This document shows positions 29,697-39,638 of a stretch of 64,000 bases of DNA, piece by piece. How positions within the stretch are numbered: the first letter of the stretch is position 1; every line of letters starts with the position of its first letter. This stretch comes from a virus. The translations under genes were made by a program, and so were the position numbers. Location: UHGV virus genome UHGV-1374997; one strand, given 5' to 3'. The notes under the pieces were generated by a model. The model had not been told where the DNA came from. It saw only the letters and a list, made by a program, of their open reading frames with translations, and did no database searches.

Positions 29697-30083
29697 ATGA
29701 GTATTACTTGGCCCGCAGATCTTCCTCAAGTACCCTTCGCAGACGGAGGGTACTCCGAATCAATGCCGTCCAACCTTCTTGTGTCTACTATGGATACAGG
29801 TCCGAGTAAAGTTAGACGGAGGGGAAGCGCGACTCCCGGAAAAATGAATGTATCTTTTAAAATGACTACGGCAGCTACTAAAAAATTAGAAACCTTTATC
29901 CGAACAATTCTTGGCGGTGGGGCAAAAGCCTTTGAATTTCCTCATCCTAGACTTGACAAAAATGTAAAAGTACGTATAATGCCGAAGTCGGACACGGAAT
30001 TGTATGAAATAAATTTCATCGCTCCCGGCCTATGGAAAGTAGATTTTACCTTTGAGGTTTTTTACGATGCCCCTCTCGCCTAG
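29697..30083 (+). CDS. minor tail protein (lambda M-like position)
   Basis: Start reassigned to the ATG just after the tape measure stop. Small protein at the head of the tail tip operon. Confidence 0.4.
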   Translation: MSITWPADLPQVPFADGGYSESMPSNLLVSTMDTGPSKVRRRGSATPGKMNVSFKMTTAATKKLETFIRTILGGGAKAFEFPHPRLDKNVKVRIMPKSDTELYEINFIAPGLWKVDFTFEVFYDAPLA

Positions 30084-30588
30084 TACGGTGGCGTCGATGA
30101 TGGCGCAGGAAACGGATAACGCCGACATAGTTCTTTTGACAATTACGCATCCAAGCTGGACGGAACCTATTTATCTATCGTCCGACCCTACGGTTTTTCT
30201 TAGGAATGATACGGAAACTAATCTTCCTATCTACGGAACGATATCCCGTGGCAAAGAATTTCTTTATATTCCCATGAGAGCTATTGCCCCGGACTCCAGA
30301 CAAGAGACACCTCCTGAATGCAAAATTTCAATCGACAATGTTTCTCGGTATATAGCACCGTATCTTGTTAAAACAGATCGACGCACTCCTAAAGTAACTT
30401 TTGAAATAGTTACCACCGCTTTTCCGGATATTGTTGATACTGTGTATCCGGAATTTGATTTATCTTCCGTAACAATCAACGCCCAAACTGTAGATGCCAG
30501 CATTTCCTTGAATACGGCTTCTCAAGAGCCCGTGCCGTGGCTTAGATTTGTGCAAGCATACTTTTACAGTCTTTTTTATAATGGATAA
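30052..30588 (+). CDS. minor tail protein (lambda L-like position)
   Basis: 178 aa between the M-like gene and (after the IS insertion) the K-like NlpC/P60 gene. Confidence 0.4.
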   Translation: MRFFTMPLSPSTVASMMAQETDNADIVLLTITHPSWTEPIYLSSDPTVFLRNDTETNLPIYGTISRGKEFLYIPMRAIAPDSRQETPPECKISIDNVSRYIAPYLVKTDRRTPKVTFEIVTTAFPDIVDTVYPEFDLSSVTINAQTVDASISLNTASQEPVPWLRFVQAYFYSLFYNG

Positions 30589-30599
30589 GGCGCACCTTG

Positions 30600-31895
30600 A
30601 CCGGAATTTTTACTCTGAAAGTATCTCTTAACATTTCCCTATAAACTGAGTATAATTTAATCATGAAAAGAATGCAAGCATATAAATTCCAGTTACGTCC
30701 TAAAGCCAAGCAAGCAAATCTCATGTTGGGTTTTGCCGGATGCTGTCGCTTTGTATGGAATAAGGCGCTTGCATTAGAGAAAGAAACCTATCAAGAGGAG
30801 GGCAAACGTCTTGGGTATTATAAACTTGCTGGTTTGCTCAAAGATTGGAAAAAGGAAGAAGAAACATCTTTTCTTGCTAGAGCACACTCTCAGATATTGC
30901 AGCAGGTACTAAAAGATCTTGATCGGGCTTACAAAAATTTTTTTGAGAAGCGTGCGGATTTTCCACGATTCAAGAAGAAGGGTGCCCACAATACCTTTCG
31001 ATATCCGCAAGGCTTCAAGTTGGATGAAGGAAATAGTCGCGTTTATCTTCCCAAAATAGGTTGGGTGCGTTACAGAAAAAGCAGGGCTATAGAAGGGACG
31101 CTAAAGCAAGTAGCGGTTTCTCTTTCTGCCGGAGAGTGGTATGTCTCCATCCTGACTGAGAGGGAAGTAGTTGAACATATCCATCCCTCTCAAAGCTCTA
31201 TTGGTATTGATATGGGTGTTGCCCATTTTGCAATGCTCTCTGATGGAAGCACAATTGAACCGTTGAACAGCTTTCGCAAATATGAAAAGAAGTTGGCAAA
31301 ACTGCAACGCAAACAAGCGAGATGCAAAAAGTTTTCCGCCAACTGGCAAAAGGTCAAATCACGCATTCAACGCTTGCACCTCCACATAGCTAATGCTCGC
31401 AAGGACTTTTTGCACAAGGCAAGCACAATGATTAGCAAAAACCACGCTGTTGTTGTACTTGAAGACTTGAAAGTGCGGAATATGTCCAGCTCAAAGACCG
31501 GAGGAAAACGCAAGTCAGGATTGAATAAATCTATATTGGATCAAGGGTGGTTTGAGTTCCGGCGGCAACTGTCTTACAAGCTGGCATGGATGGGTGGATC
31601 TTTGACCGCAATTCCTCCTCAGTATACCAGCCAGACCTGTAGCCGTTGCGGATGTGTAGATAAACAAAACAGACAAACGCAAGCCAAGTTTAAATGTATA
31701 GCTTGCGGATTTGAGATTAACGCCGATCACAATGCGGCGTTGAATATCTTGGCGGCAGGGCTTGCCGTTACAGCCTGTGGAGCGGGAAAGGCTCAAGCGC
31801 CCGCGTTGAATCAGGAACCCGCCTATAGTTTGGCCTAATTGGGCTTTACTGATAGGAATCCCTTGTTTGTAAGAATAAGGGAGGATGCCAAAACG
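30600..31895 (+). mobile_element. IS200/IS605-family TnpB-only element, copy 1
   Basis: Left end lies near ctgaaag (30615). Right end is taattgggctttactgataggaatccc + hairpin + gggaggatgccaaa. No tnpA. Inserted between the L-like and K-like tail genes. Confidence 0.7.
30663..31838 (+). CDS. tnpB: TnpB (OrfB_IS605) RuvC-like RNA-guided nuclease
   Basis: RuvC-I IGIDMGV, RuvC-II VVLEDL, Zn finger CSRCGC...CIACG, RuvC-III NADHNAALNI. 391 aa. Confidence 0.9.
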   Translation: MKRMQAYKFQLRPKAKQANLMLGFAGCCRFVWNKALALEKETYQEEGKRLGYYKLAGLLKDWKKEEETSFLARAHSQILQQVLKDLDRAYKNFFEKRADFPRFKKKGAHNTFRYPQGFKLDEGNSRVYLPKIGWVRYRKSRAIEGTLKQVAVSLSAGEWYVSILTEREVVEHIHPSQSSIGIDMGVAHFAMLSDGSTIEPLNSFRKYEKKLAKLQRKQARCKKFSANWQKVKSRIQRLHLHIANARKDFLHKASTMISKNHAVVVLEDLKVRNMSSSKTGGKRKSGLNKSILDQGWFEFRRQLSYKLAWMGGSLTAIPPQYTSQTCSRCGCVDKQNRQTQAKFKCIACGFEINADHNAALNILAAGLAVTACGAGKAQAPALNQEPAYSLA

Positions 31896-32042
31896 GATAA
31901 AATATGAAAATGAGAGACAAATTTTCAAAATACACAGTAATCCTCCAACTTTAGGCTGGACAGGATGCCAAAACGGATAAAACATGAAAATGAGAGACAA
32001 GTTTTCAAAATACATAGGAATCCCTTTTGTGGATCACGGAAT
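31883..32042 (+). repeat. tandem direct repeat, 2 x 80 bp (about 60 bp conserved)
   Basis: ggatgccaaaacggataaaa(t/c)atgaaaatgagagacaa(a/g)ttttcaaaataca... at 31883 and 31963. The second copy holds the real RBS and start of the NlpC/P60 gene. Confidence 0.8.
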
Positions 32043-32403
32043 AACTTCCGAAGGCTGTGATTGCTACGGCCTTGTGCTTCTCGTGTATAAAGAGGAGCTT
32101 GGCATTGATCTTCCGTGGCTCGGGGATTCCTATTCTCATGCGTATCGTAGAAAAGACGTAAACTCCACGGTAAAAAAGAACATTGATCTTGGTTGCTATA
32201 TAGACGTTACGAATGAGCCTCGCAAACCTCTTGATATTATTATTTTTAGGACTGGAGGTCTTGAAACACATATCGGACTTTGGGTTGAGGATGGATGGCT
32301 TTTGGACATACTTGAAGGGGCGCATAGTACGATTCGTAGGTACGATACGTCCGAATGGAAAAACAGAATTACGAGAATTTTGAGGCACGTAGATGCGCGG
32401 TAA
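31984..32403 (+). CDS. NlpC/P60-family peptidase, lambda K-like tail tip protein
   Basis: Cys-His catalytic motifs CDCYGLV and HIGLW. Confidence 0.65.
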   Translation: MKMRDKFSKYIGIPFVDHGITSEGCDCYGLVLLVYKEELGIDLPWLGDSYSHAYRRKDVNSTVKKNIDLGCYIDVTNEPRKPLDIIIFRTGGLETHIGLWVEDGWLLDILEGAHSTIRRYDTSEWKNRITRILRHVDAR

Positions 32404-35400
32404 AGCAATGAAAAAGCGAGCCTCTCGTAAAAGAGGGGAAATCACAGTTCTTGGTCGGCATTGGGCAAGTTCGTCTCGTGTCTCGCTCACAGTCCAAGAA
32501 GGACAATCCCTTGAAAACATCATCACAGACTCCGTAAAAATTCTTCGGGCTAACCAAGCTATTACTCCTGCATATGCTGAATATCTAAAGAAGCATTGTG
32601 TTTGCCGTGTGGATTTTATCAATATCCCTAAAGAAAAATGGGCCGTCACCTATCCTGTGGATGGTCAGCGTGTCGAATTTTTCATTAAGCCCGGTAAAGG
32701 TGGCGGTAAAAATCCTTTTGCTACAATCCTTAACATTGTTGTAGCTGTCGCTGCTATCGCAGTGCCCGTACTTGCTCCGGCTTCATGGGGGTTGATGACA
32801 GCGGCGGGAGCCTTGACTTGGACTGGTGCCGCAGTAAGTTTTGGTATCTTAACGGTTGGCTCACTCGCTGTCAATATGCTTTGCCCTCCTGCAACGCCTA
32901 AACTTAGCGGACCTAAATCTTCCGAAAAAGAATCTCCTACCTATTCAATCTCCGGAGCAAGAAATGGAGCGAATCCCTATGGTTTTGTTCCGCTTATCTT
33001 CGGAAGGAATAAGGTCACTCCTCCTTTGGCAGCGAAATCTTGGACAAATATTGAATCGGATAAAACCTATTTCAATATGTGCGTTATCTGGGGGCACCCA
33101 GATATGTCCGTAAGAGATTTTAAAATTGGGGATACGCCTTTAGAAAACTTTAAAAATATTGACCACAGATTCCATCCTTCTACCACTGGTGAAGGGCTTG
33201 TCTATTTTGGCAAATCCTTTAATGAAGAAACCGTGGGGACTTTAATCTCGAAAGAAGCTGGATATATTACTCGGACAATGGGAGAATGCGATACAATCAG
33301 CTTAGACATTACGTTCTCCAAAGGGCTGACTTCCATCAATGAAAAAAATGGAGATAACTATGATCGTACCGTTGAGTTTGAAGCTGAATATAAATTAAAG
33401 AATGATACGGTATGGAAAGGACTTGTCGGGGGGTCATTCCCTATTCGTGGGACATCTATCGAGCTTAAAAGAAAAACTGGCTTTTATTTAAACGCCGGAA
33501 GAAACTCTATTGTCTATAGTGATTTTTCTGGTAATATCAATATGGCTGATGGAGAAACAGCTCCAGTTAATACCGTTCCATTAGCAAAAGTTATTCTTGT
33601 ATCAACTCCTCATTATGAATTTGATGATGATGGAAGACAGCGGGTAACATATACATATTCATATACTTGCGAAGACTTGCGGGTAAGTTCTGTATCCGGT
33701 GCCGCTCCATATATTAATGAAGTAAAACATTATACGAAAAAATGCGGATATGGACTTGGAAGCAGATGGGGATATACTTGCGTCGAAGTTTATGATTATT
33801 CGACTTATGAAATTGTCATTCCTGACCAATATGTGAATGGCATTAACAAATTTGCCATCTCTGGACAGCAATTAAAGCCCTTGACCCGTACTTATACTGT
33901 GAATGTTCCTCACGGAGATTACGATGTTCGTATTCGAAGACTTACTGATGATAATTCAAATAAGTATATCTATGATGAAGCTACGTGGGCGACGAAAAGG
34001 GCTATTGTAAATCGTCAATCTTTTTCAACTCCTGTTCCCGTATGTGTTTCTGAATTGCGTATTCAGGCATCGGAACAGCTTTCTGGATACGTCGATAACT
34101 TTAATGCTATTTGCACGGCATTGATTCCAGACTTTAACACTAGCAATAATACGTGGGAATGGAGAGAAACGAGAAATCCCGCATCCGCTTATAGATACGC
34201 ATTGACCTCCCGTCACGCTTTGAATACGCCCTATACGGAAGATAAACTCGACGAACCGACATTGCGGGAGTTCCATAAATATTGTACCCGAATGGGTTGG
34301 ACTTTCGACTTTGTTTGTGATACAGAAGAAAATCTGTGGTCACGTCTTACCCAGATAGCTGCGGCAGCACGCGCTTCCGTAAGTACGGAGATAGATGGAA
34401 AGTATGGTGTAGTAATCGACGATAAGGATAAGGTACCTGTGCAGCAGTTCAACCAGCGTAATAGTTGGGGGTTCAGCATGGAAAAACTTTTCCCTAACGT
34501 CCCTCACGCGCTCAGAATCAAATTTGTTAACAGTGAAAATAATTTCCTGCAATCGGAGGATTTCTGCTATGCGGACGGATTTGATAAAAACAATGCCACG
34601 GATATTCAAGAAATTGATTTTCCCGGCATTACTACGTGGACAAACAACTGGAAGCAAGGAAGATATCATTTAGCCTCACAGCTTCTTCGTCCTTTAAGCG
34701 TTACAATCAATGCTGATTGGGAGCACAGAATGTGTCATCGCGGAGACGTTATTGAAATTTTCCATGACGTTCTCATGAACACTTTCGGGGCGGCTCGTGT
34801 TGTAGGGTTGATTTATCAGGATACGGAAGGGGCGGAATACATTGTTTATGAAAACTCCGAAAGGCCCATTGATACTCCTGCTGTAGGCGTCGTTCTTGAC
34901 GATTCCATTGTTTTTAGTGAACGAGATGTACTTTATGGTATTGCAATCAGAAATCCATATGGAAAGACGGTCACATATCAAATTAGACCCGAATTTGGAG
35001 AAGAGCATTCCTATATCTATTTCACTTTTGCAATATCATATGCTACTACTCCCTATATTGGAGATTTAGCTAGCGTATCATTAATGGGCGAGGCGAATGA
35101 TAAATACCTCGTAACTCAGATTGCCCCCGCTGAAAATTCCTCGGCGGAAATTAAGGCGATTCCATATTCTCCCGAAGTCCTCGACGCGGATAAAGGAGAA
35201 ATTCCTCCTTGGAATCCTCCTATTATCATTGATAAATTGCCTACCTATACTATCCCCAATCCTACTATTATACAGATAATTTCCGATGAGTCCATGCTCG
35301 TTAAGATTGGGCAGAATATCATTCCTCAAGTCGGTATCTGGTTTAAAGTTGGGGATGGAACCTCGTTAGATTGTGTGGTTTATGCTCGTGCAAAGAAAAC

Positions 35401-37633
35401 ACAAGAAACAGCTTGGGGCAATACTGTCCGAACTTCCGTATCCGAAGGATATGTAGTCATCTCGAATATGGAGTCTGGCGAGCTATATGACTTGTCTATC
35501 CAAGTTACCGATCCTGTACGGGGAATTAGCAGTGATTGGATAACTCAAACCGGATATTTCGTTATTGGAAAAACCGCGCCGCCTCCTGATGTGGACGGCG
35601 TTACCGCTGAGCTTCTTCCTCCGTCCGGGGTAAAAATCAGTTGGAATCCCGTAGCCACTCTTGATATAGATTACTATGCTGTTCAAGGGGACATTACAGG
35701 GAAAACGATTGACACGAGTATCATACTTCCCGTCCCAAATAAATTCGGCACATTGAATATGACAGTTAGCGCAGTGGATACGCTTGGAAATTTTTCCTTG
35801 CAACCTGCCCCCGTTTCTGTTACTATTCAAAAACCTAAAAACCCTGTCATTAAAACGGAAGTCACTATCGATGGCCTTAAATTGAGTTGGACAGATTGTA
35901 CAACTTCTTGGCCTATCAAGAATTATGAAGTTCATGATGAATATATGTCAAGAACGGAATTTTCTAATGTGACTTCAATATATGTGTCGCCAAGACCTGT
36001 GGGTAATTATAAATTCACAGTGAAAGCTATAGACATTTTTGGAAATGAATCTGGTACTGTTCCTGCATTTATTGAAGTGGATCTTCTCGGGAGGGTCCAG
36101 CCGACAGCAAGAATTGATGGCGCTGATATTCTGTTAGAATGGCCTATTGTATCGTCGGCGTTTCCGATAGATGAATTCGAAATCGTTGAAGGGGATTTCA
36201 CTCCGGTAGGTAGGGCTAAAGTCAACTATTTCCGAGTTCCTGCGGGAGCTGTCGGGTTTCATGAATGGAAAATCCGAGCACGAGATATCGTCGGTAACTA
36301 TGGAGATTGGGGTGAAGTTTCTATCGAGATTAAAGCCGCCGCAGCACCAACTGTAAAAGCGACAATTCAAGAAGATAAAATCCTTATTTCTTGGGTAGCG
36401 CCTTCAACAATCAATTTACCAATAACTGAATACGAGATAGAAAATAGTACGACAGGAGAATCTTTCGGAAGGATTAATGCGACACAGATAGTCGTACCTC
36501 CTGAAAAAACCGGAAACCACATTTTCAGGGTTCGTAGTTGGGATACTGGAGGAAATGCTGGAGCATGGGGTCAAACGAGTTTCCGAGTCGAAGCTCCCGG
36601 CAGAGTTTATATAACTCCTACCGTCATCGACAATAACGCGCTTCTTGTTTGGACTGAACCTTCCACGGTATTCTTTCCAATTCATCATTATGAGGTACTT
36701 CGTGGGGATGAATTGGAATACGCGGAACTTATTTTCAATGTCAACGCTTTGATTGTCAATATCTTTGAAGCTGTATCCGGTAATTATACATATTGGGTTG
36801 TTCCGGTAGACGTAGCAGGTAACAAAGGCACCGCAACTCCCATTACTTGCGTAATTTCTCAGCCTCCGGATTATGTTCTTTTCTATGATTGGGATTCCGT
36901 TTTCTCTGGAACACGCCATAATTTTGTTCTTGATGGCATTGGAGGGATGATTGGCCCTATCGTAGATGAGAATGAAACGTGGGCACAGAATATTGCACGA
37001 TTCGGTGGAACGACAGCGAACTCTACATGGAAAAACAAGGTGGATATTGCCGGACCTACTTGGATGGAACCAGCAGGTACAGAGGGGTGGTATCAAGAAG
37101 AATTTGATTATGGACAAATCATGCAGTCCATCAGACTTGTGGTCACACCTACGGTTCAAATTCTTTCCGGCACGCCTCTGTATTATGTTAAAGTTGAATT
37201 TAAAGTGGATGTGAATGACCCGTGGGAATTAGCCGCAGAAAATGCTACGCCGGTGTTTTTACAGCGATTCCGGTATATCCGATTTACACTTGGAATGCTT
37301 CCGGACTCCACGGGACTTATCCGAGTGTCCGAACTGAACCTTAAATTCGACGTTAAAATTCGAAATGACTCTGGTGTCGCTTTGGCTGAGGCAAATACGA
37401 ACGGTCCAGAATGGCCCGGAAACGCAAATGATACTGGAAATCTGGTAAACTTTTCTATGCCGTATCTCGATGTATGGGAAGTTACGGCTGCACCTGAAAG
37501 TGAAGATGCGGGATTGGTCGCCTTGGTTTCTTTCCAAGACATTCCTTCCCCCAAGTTTTTCAGAGTATCTCTTTTCAATAATAAGGGCGAACGCACTACG
37601 GGGAACGTAGTGTGGAAAGCAGTAGGAATATAA
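32393..37633 (+). CDS. tail tip host-specificity protein, lambda I-J-like fusion with five FN3-like repeats
   Basis: N-terminus resembles gpI (KPGKGGGKNPF followed by a hydrophobic segment). Large J-like body. Five tandem repeats of about 85 aa (W..P....I..YEV...) span roughly 35570-36870. Confidence 0.7.
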   Translation: MRGKAMKKRASRKRGEITVLGRHWASSSRVSLTVQEGQSLENIITDSVKILRANQAITPAYAEYLKKHCVCRVDFINIPKEKWAVTYPVDGQRVEFFIKPGKGGGKNPFATILNIVVAVAAIAVPVLAPASWGLMTAAGALTWTGAAVSFGILTVGSLAVNMLCPPATPKLSGPKSSEKESPTYSISGARNGANPYGFVPLIFGRNKVTPPLAAKSWTNIESDKTYFNMCVIWGHPDMSVRDFKIGDTPLENFKNIDHRFHPSTTGEGLVYFGKSFNEETVGTLISKEAGYITRTMGECDTISLDITFSKGLTSINEKNGDNYDRTVEFEAEYKLKNDTVWKGLVGGSFPIRGTSIELKRKTGFYLNAGRNSIVYSDFSGNINMADGETAPVNTVPLAKVILVSTPHYEFDDDGRQRVTYTYSYTCEDLRVSSVSGAAPYINEVKHYTKKCGYGLGSRWGYTCVEVYDYSTYEIVIPDQYVNGINKFAISGQQLKPLTRTYTVNVPHGDYDVRIRRLTDDNSNKYIYDEATWATKRAIVNRQSFSTPVPVCVSELRIQASEQLSGYVDNFNAICTALIPDFNTSNNTWEWRETRNPASAYRYALTSRHALNTPYTEDKLDEPTLREFHKYCTRMGWTFDFVCDTEENLWSRLTQIAAAARASVSTEIDGKYGVVIDDKDKVPVQQFNQRNSWGFSMEKLFPNVPHALRIKFVNSENNFLQSEDFCYADGFDKNNATDIQEIDFPGITTWTNNWKQGRYHLASQLLRPLSVTINADWEHRMCHRGDVIEIFHDVLMNTFGAARVVGLIYQDTEGAEYIVYENSERPIDTPAVGVVLDDSIVFSERDVLYGIAIRNPYGKTVTYQIRPEFGEEHSYIYFTFAISYATTPYIGDLASVSLMGEANDKYLVTQIAPAENSSAEIKAIPYSPEVLDADKGEIPPWNPPIIIDKLPTYTIPNPTIIQIISDESMLVKIGQNIIPQVGIWFKVGDGTSLDCVVYARAKKTQETAWGNTVRTSVSEGYVVISNMESGELYDLSIQVTDPVRGISSDWITQTGYFVIGKTAPPPDVDGVTAELLPPSGVKISWNPVATLDIDYYAVQGDITGKTIDTSIILPVPNKFGTLNMTVSAVDTLGNFSLQPAPVSVTIQKPKNPVIKTEVTIDGLKLSWTDCTTSWPIKNYEVHDEYMSRTEFSNVTSIYVSPRPVGNYKFTVKAIDIFGNESGTVPAFIEVDLLGRVQPTARIDGADILLEWPIVSSAFPIDEFEIVEGDFTPVGRAKVNYFRVPAGAVGFHEWKIRARDIVGNYGDWGEVSIEIKAAAAPTVKATIQEDKILISWVAPSTINLPITEYEIENSTTGESFGRINATQIVVPPEKTGNHIFRVRSWDTGGNAGAWGQTSFRVEAPGRVYITPTVIDNNALLVWTEPSTVFFPIHHYEVLRGDELEYAELIFNVNALIVNIFEAVSGNYTYWVVPVDVAGNKGTATPITCVISQPPDYVLFYDWDSVFSGTRHNFVLDGIGGMIGPIVDENETWAQNIARFGGTTANSTWKNKVDIAGPTWMEPAGTEGWYQEEFDYGQIMQSIRLVVTPTVQILSGTPLYYVKVEFKVDVNDPWELAAENATPVFLQRFRYIRFTLGMLPDSTGLIRVSELNLKFDVKIRNDSGVALAEANTNGPEWPGNANDTGNLVNFSMPYLDVWEVTAAPESEDAGLVALVSFQDIPSPKFFRVSLFNNKGERTTGNVVWKAVGI

Positions 37634-37652
37634 TATATGGAGAACCCCCGAA

Positions 37653-39623
37653 ATGGCAGAAGTACCTTCTAAAGTTGACGTTATTGTCGGCATGAAATCC
37701 GCATTTAGGTCTAATTTGAGTACGGATTGCGTAAGATGGAATTATTCAAAACGCAATTTTGAGTACTGGAATGGAACTGAATGGGTGCTTGTCGGGGGTT
37801 CCTCTACCGGGGAAGGACGGTCAATTCAAGACAGCTTGTCTCTGTTCAATGTCCTTCCTCGGAATCCCTCCCTCAATCTTTTCGCGGACGAATATGAATA
37901 CTCGTGGGGAAAGATTCCTCCGCAAATTGCATTCACCCGTAATTCGTCAGCTACGTATTGGGGGCCTGACGGCGTATCTCATATCGCTGCGGCAGGAGAA
38001 CCTCGTATTGATCATAATCCTGTTACGGGTGAATGCCTTGGCTGGCTTAGGGAGCCTCAAAGAACAAATTTTATAGATAATGTTGTTGTTAAAGGCGTAG
38101 GAACAGACGGAGCGCACTATGTAGAACCTTCTGCTAGCTTTAATTTTAAATTTAGATCCAAAGTATATAAATATCGGGCGGGTACGCCTACGAATACTCA
38201 ATTTGGTATTTATACCACAGGGATTATTCCAAAAGAAAATCAAACGTATTTTAGTTCAATATTTTTTAGATGCGATAAAAATAACCCACTATCTATTATA
38301 AATATCGACACTCCGAATTATGTTGTTATCCAAGGCGGTGGGTTATCCGTAGATTTTAATTTCAAAACCAATACTATTATTAGAAAATCTGCCGCTATAA
38401 CTGAAAATAATTTTGGTCTTGAGGATGTCGGGGATGGATGGTTTAGAGCATGGTTCCGTTTTAAAGGAGCAGAAAACGCAAATCTAAAAACGGGTATACG
38501 TATATATTTTAAAGACTCTACGGGGCTTGTTACAACTTTTGACGGAGATGGTAAGTCCACCTTCTGGTATGCTTGCCCCCAAATGGAAGAATCCGAAGAT
38601 TTTGATACTAAACCAACATCCCCGATTCCTACGGAAGGAACCGCCCAAGTTACAAGAGCCGAAGACAAGTTTTCTATAAATAACGGGATTACGTTTACTA
38701 GAGCATCACAAGCTACGTATTTTGATGCGGAAGGATACATGAGAACTGTCGGAAATGATGTTGAACGGCCTTTATATGATAATAAAACGGGTAAATTCAT
38801 TTCTACGCTCACTGAAAAACAAAGAACGAATTATGCGACAACTTTCCGGCTTGGTCAAATTACAAAAGAAGAAACCCAAGATAAGTTCATTGGTCCGGCA
38901 TATATCTTAAAACTTGATTCAAGTTCGAGTGCATCCCATTATTTAGAGCATAAATTGTACGCACCTACTGATATTCCAAATCACATAGGTGAGGACATAA
39001 CCTTTTCGGCAGTAGTAAAACCTATAAACCATAATTATATTTGGCTTAGAATAGGCTCAGATATTTCGGGAATGGTAGGTCGTTATTCTGCTTTATATGA
39101 TCTAGAAACAAGCTCTATCATAAAAGTTAGTAAACCAACATCCCCAAATGTAGTGTGGAGAGCTACCATAGAAAAGATGCGGAATGGATGGACCCAAGTT
39201 TCTATTGGAGCAAGAATATTAGAAGAATACTCTGAGGTAACAGATTGGAAGGGGTTTTTTTCCGCTTTAATTTTTGCTGATGCTACAGGAAATATCATAA
39301 TCGATGGAGATTCATTTTCGTCTATTTTAGTTGGAAATATTCAAACTGAGATCGGAATTGGATACTCATCTTATATCCCTATTGTCAATAATACCGCAAC
39401 TACTCGTGCTATGGATAACTATACTAACGTATTTCCGACAAAGGACTCTCCATTTTTATTTAACCCGGTAAAACAAGCATTCTTCTTTAATGAGGGTGAT
39501 GGAAAACGGGCATATAACTTAAAAACTACTAGAACAATCGAATTTTCTATGGGCACCACGAAACAGTGCGTCGTTTTCCCCGCGCATTTAACAAATAGCC
39601 AACTTTCAGATTTAATTAGATAA
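37653..39623 (+). CDS. putative tail fibre / receptor-binding protein
   Basis: 656 aa, immediately downstream of the J-like gene. Confidence 0.4.
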   Translation: MAEVPSKVDVIVGMKSAFRSNLSTDCVRWNYSKRNFEYWNGTEWVLVGGSSTGEGRSIQDSLSLFNVLPRNPSLNLFADEYEYSWGKIPPQIAFTRNSSATYWGPDGVSHIAAAGEPRIDHNPVTGECLGWLREPQRTNFIDNVVVKGVGTDGAHYVEPSASFNFKFRSKVYKYRAGTPTNTQFGIYTTGIIPKENQTYFSSIFFRCDKNNPLSIINIDTPNYVVIQGGGLSVDFNFKTNTIIRKSAAITENNFGLEDVGDGWFRAWFRFKGAENANLKTGIRIYFKDSTGLVTTFDGDGKSTFWYACPQMEESEDFDTKPTSPIPTEGTAQVTRAEDKFSINNGITFTRASQATYFDAEGYMRTVGNDVERPLYDNKTGKFISTLTEKQRTNYATTFRLGQITKEETQDKFIGPAYILKLDSSSSASHYLEHKLYAPTDIPNHIGEDITFSAVVKPINHNYIWLRIGSDISGMVGRYSALYDLETSSIIKVSKPTSPNVVWRATIEKMRNGWTQVSIGARILEEYSEVTDWKGFFSALIFADATGNIIIDGDSFSSILVGNIQTEIGIGYSSYIPIVNNTATTRAMDNYTNVFPTKDSPFLFNPVKQAFFFNEGDGKRAYNLKTTRTIEFSMGTTKQCVVFPAHLTNSQLSDLIR

Positions 39624-39638
39624 AGGAAAAATCTCATT

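Noticed and set aside
32005-32649. 214-aa minus-strand ORF over the NlpC/P60 gene and the J-like start
   Set aside because: It is antisense to a gene with a catalytic Cys-His motif, and there is no RBS.
36416-37159. 247-aa minus-strand ORF inside the J-like gene, and similar antisense ORFs in polA, nrdD, the tape measure and terL
   Set aside because: These are antisense shadows within long, well-supported coding sequences.
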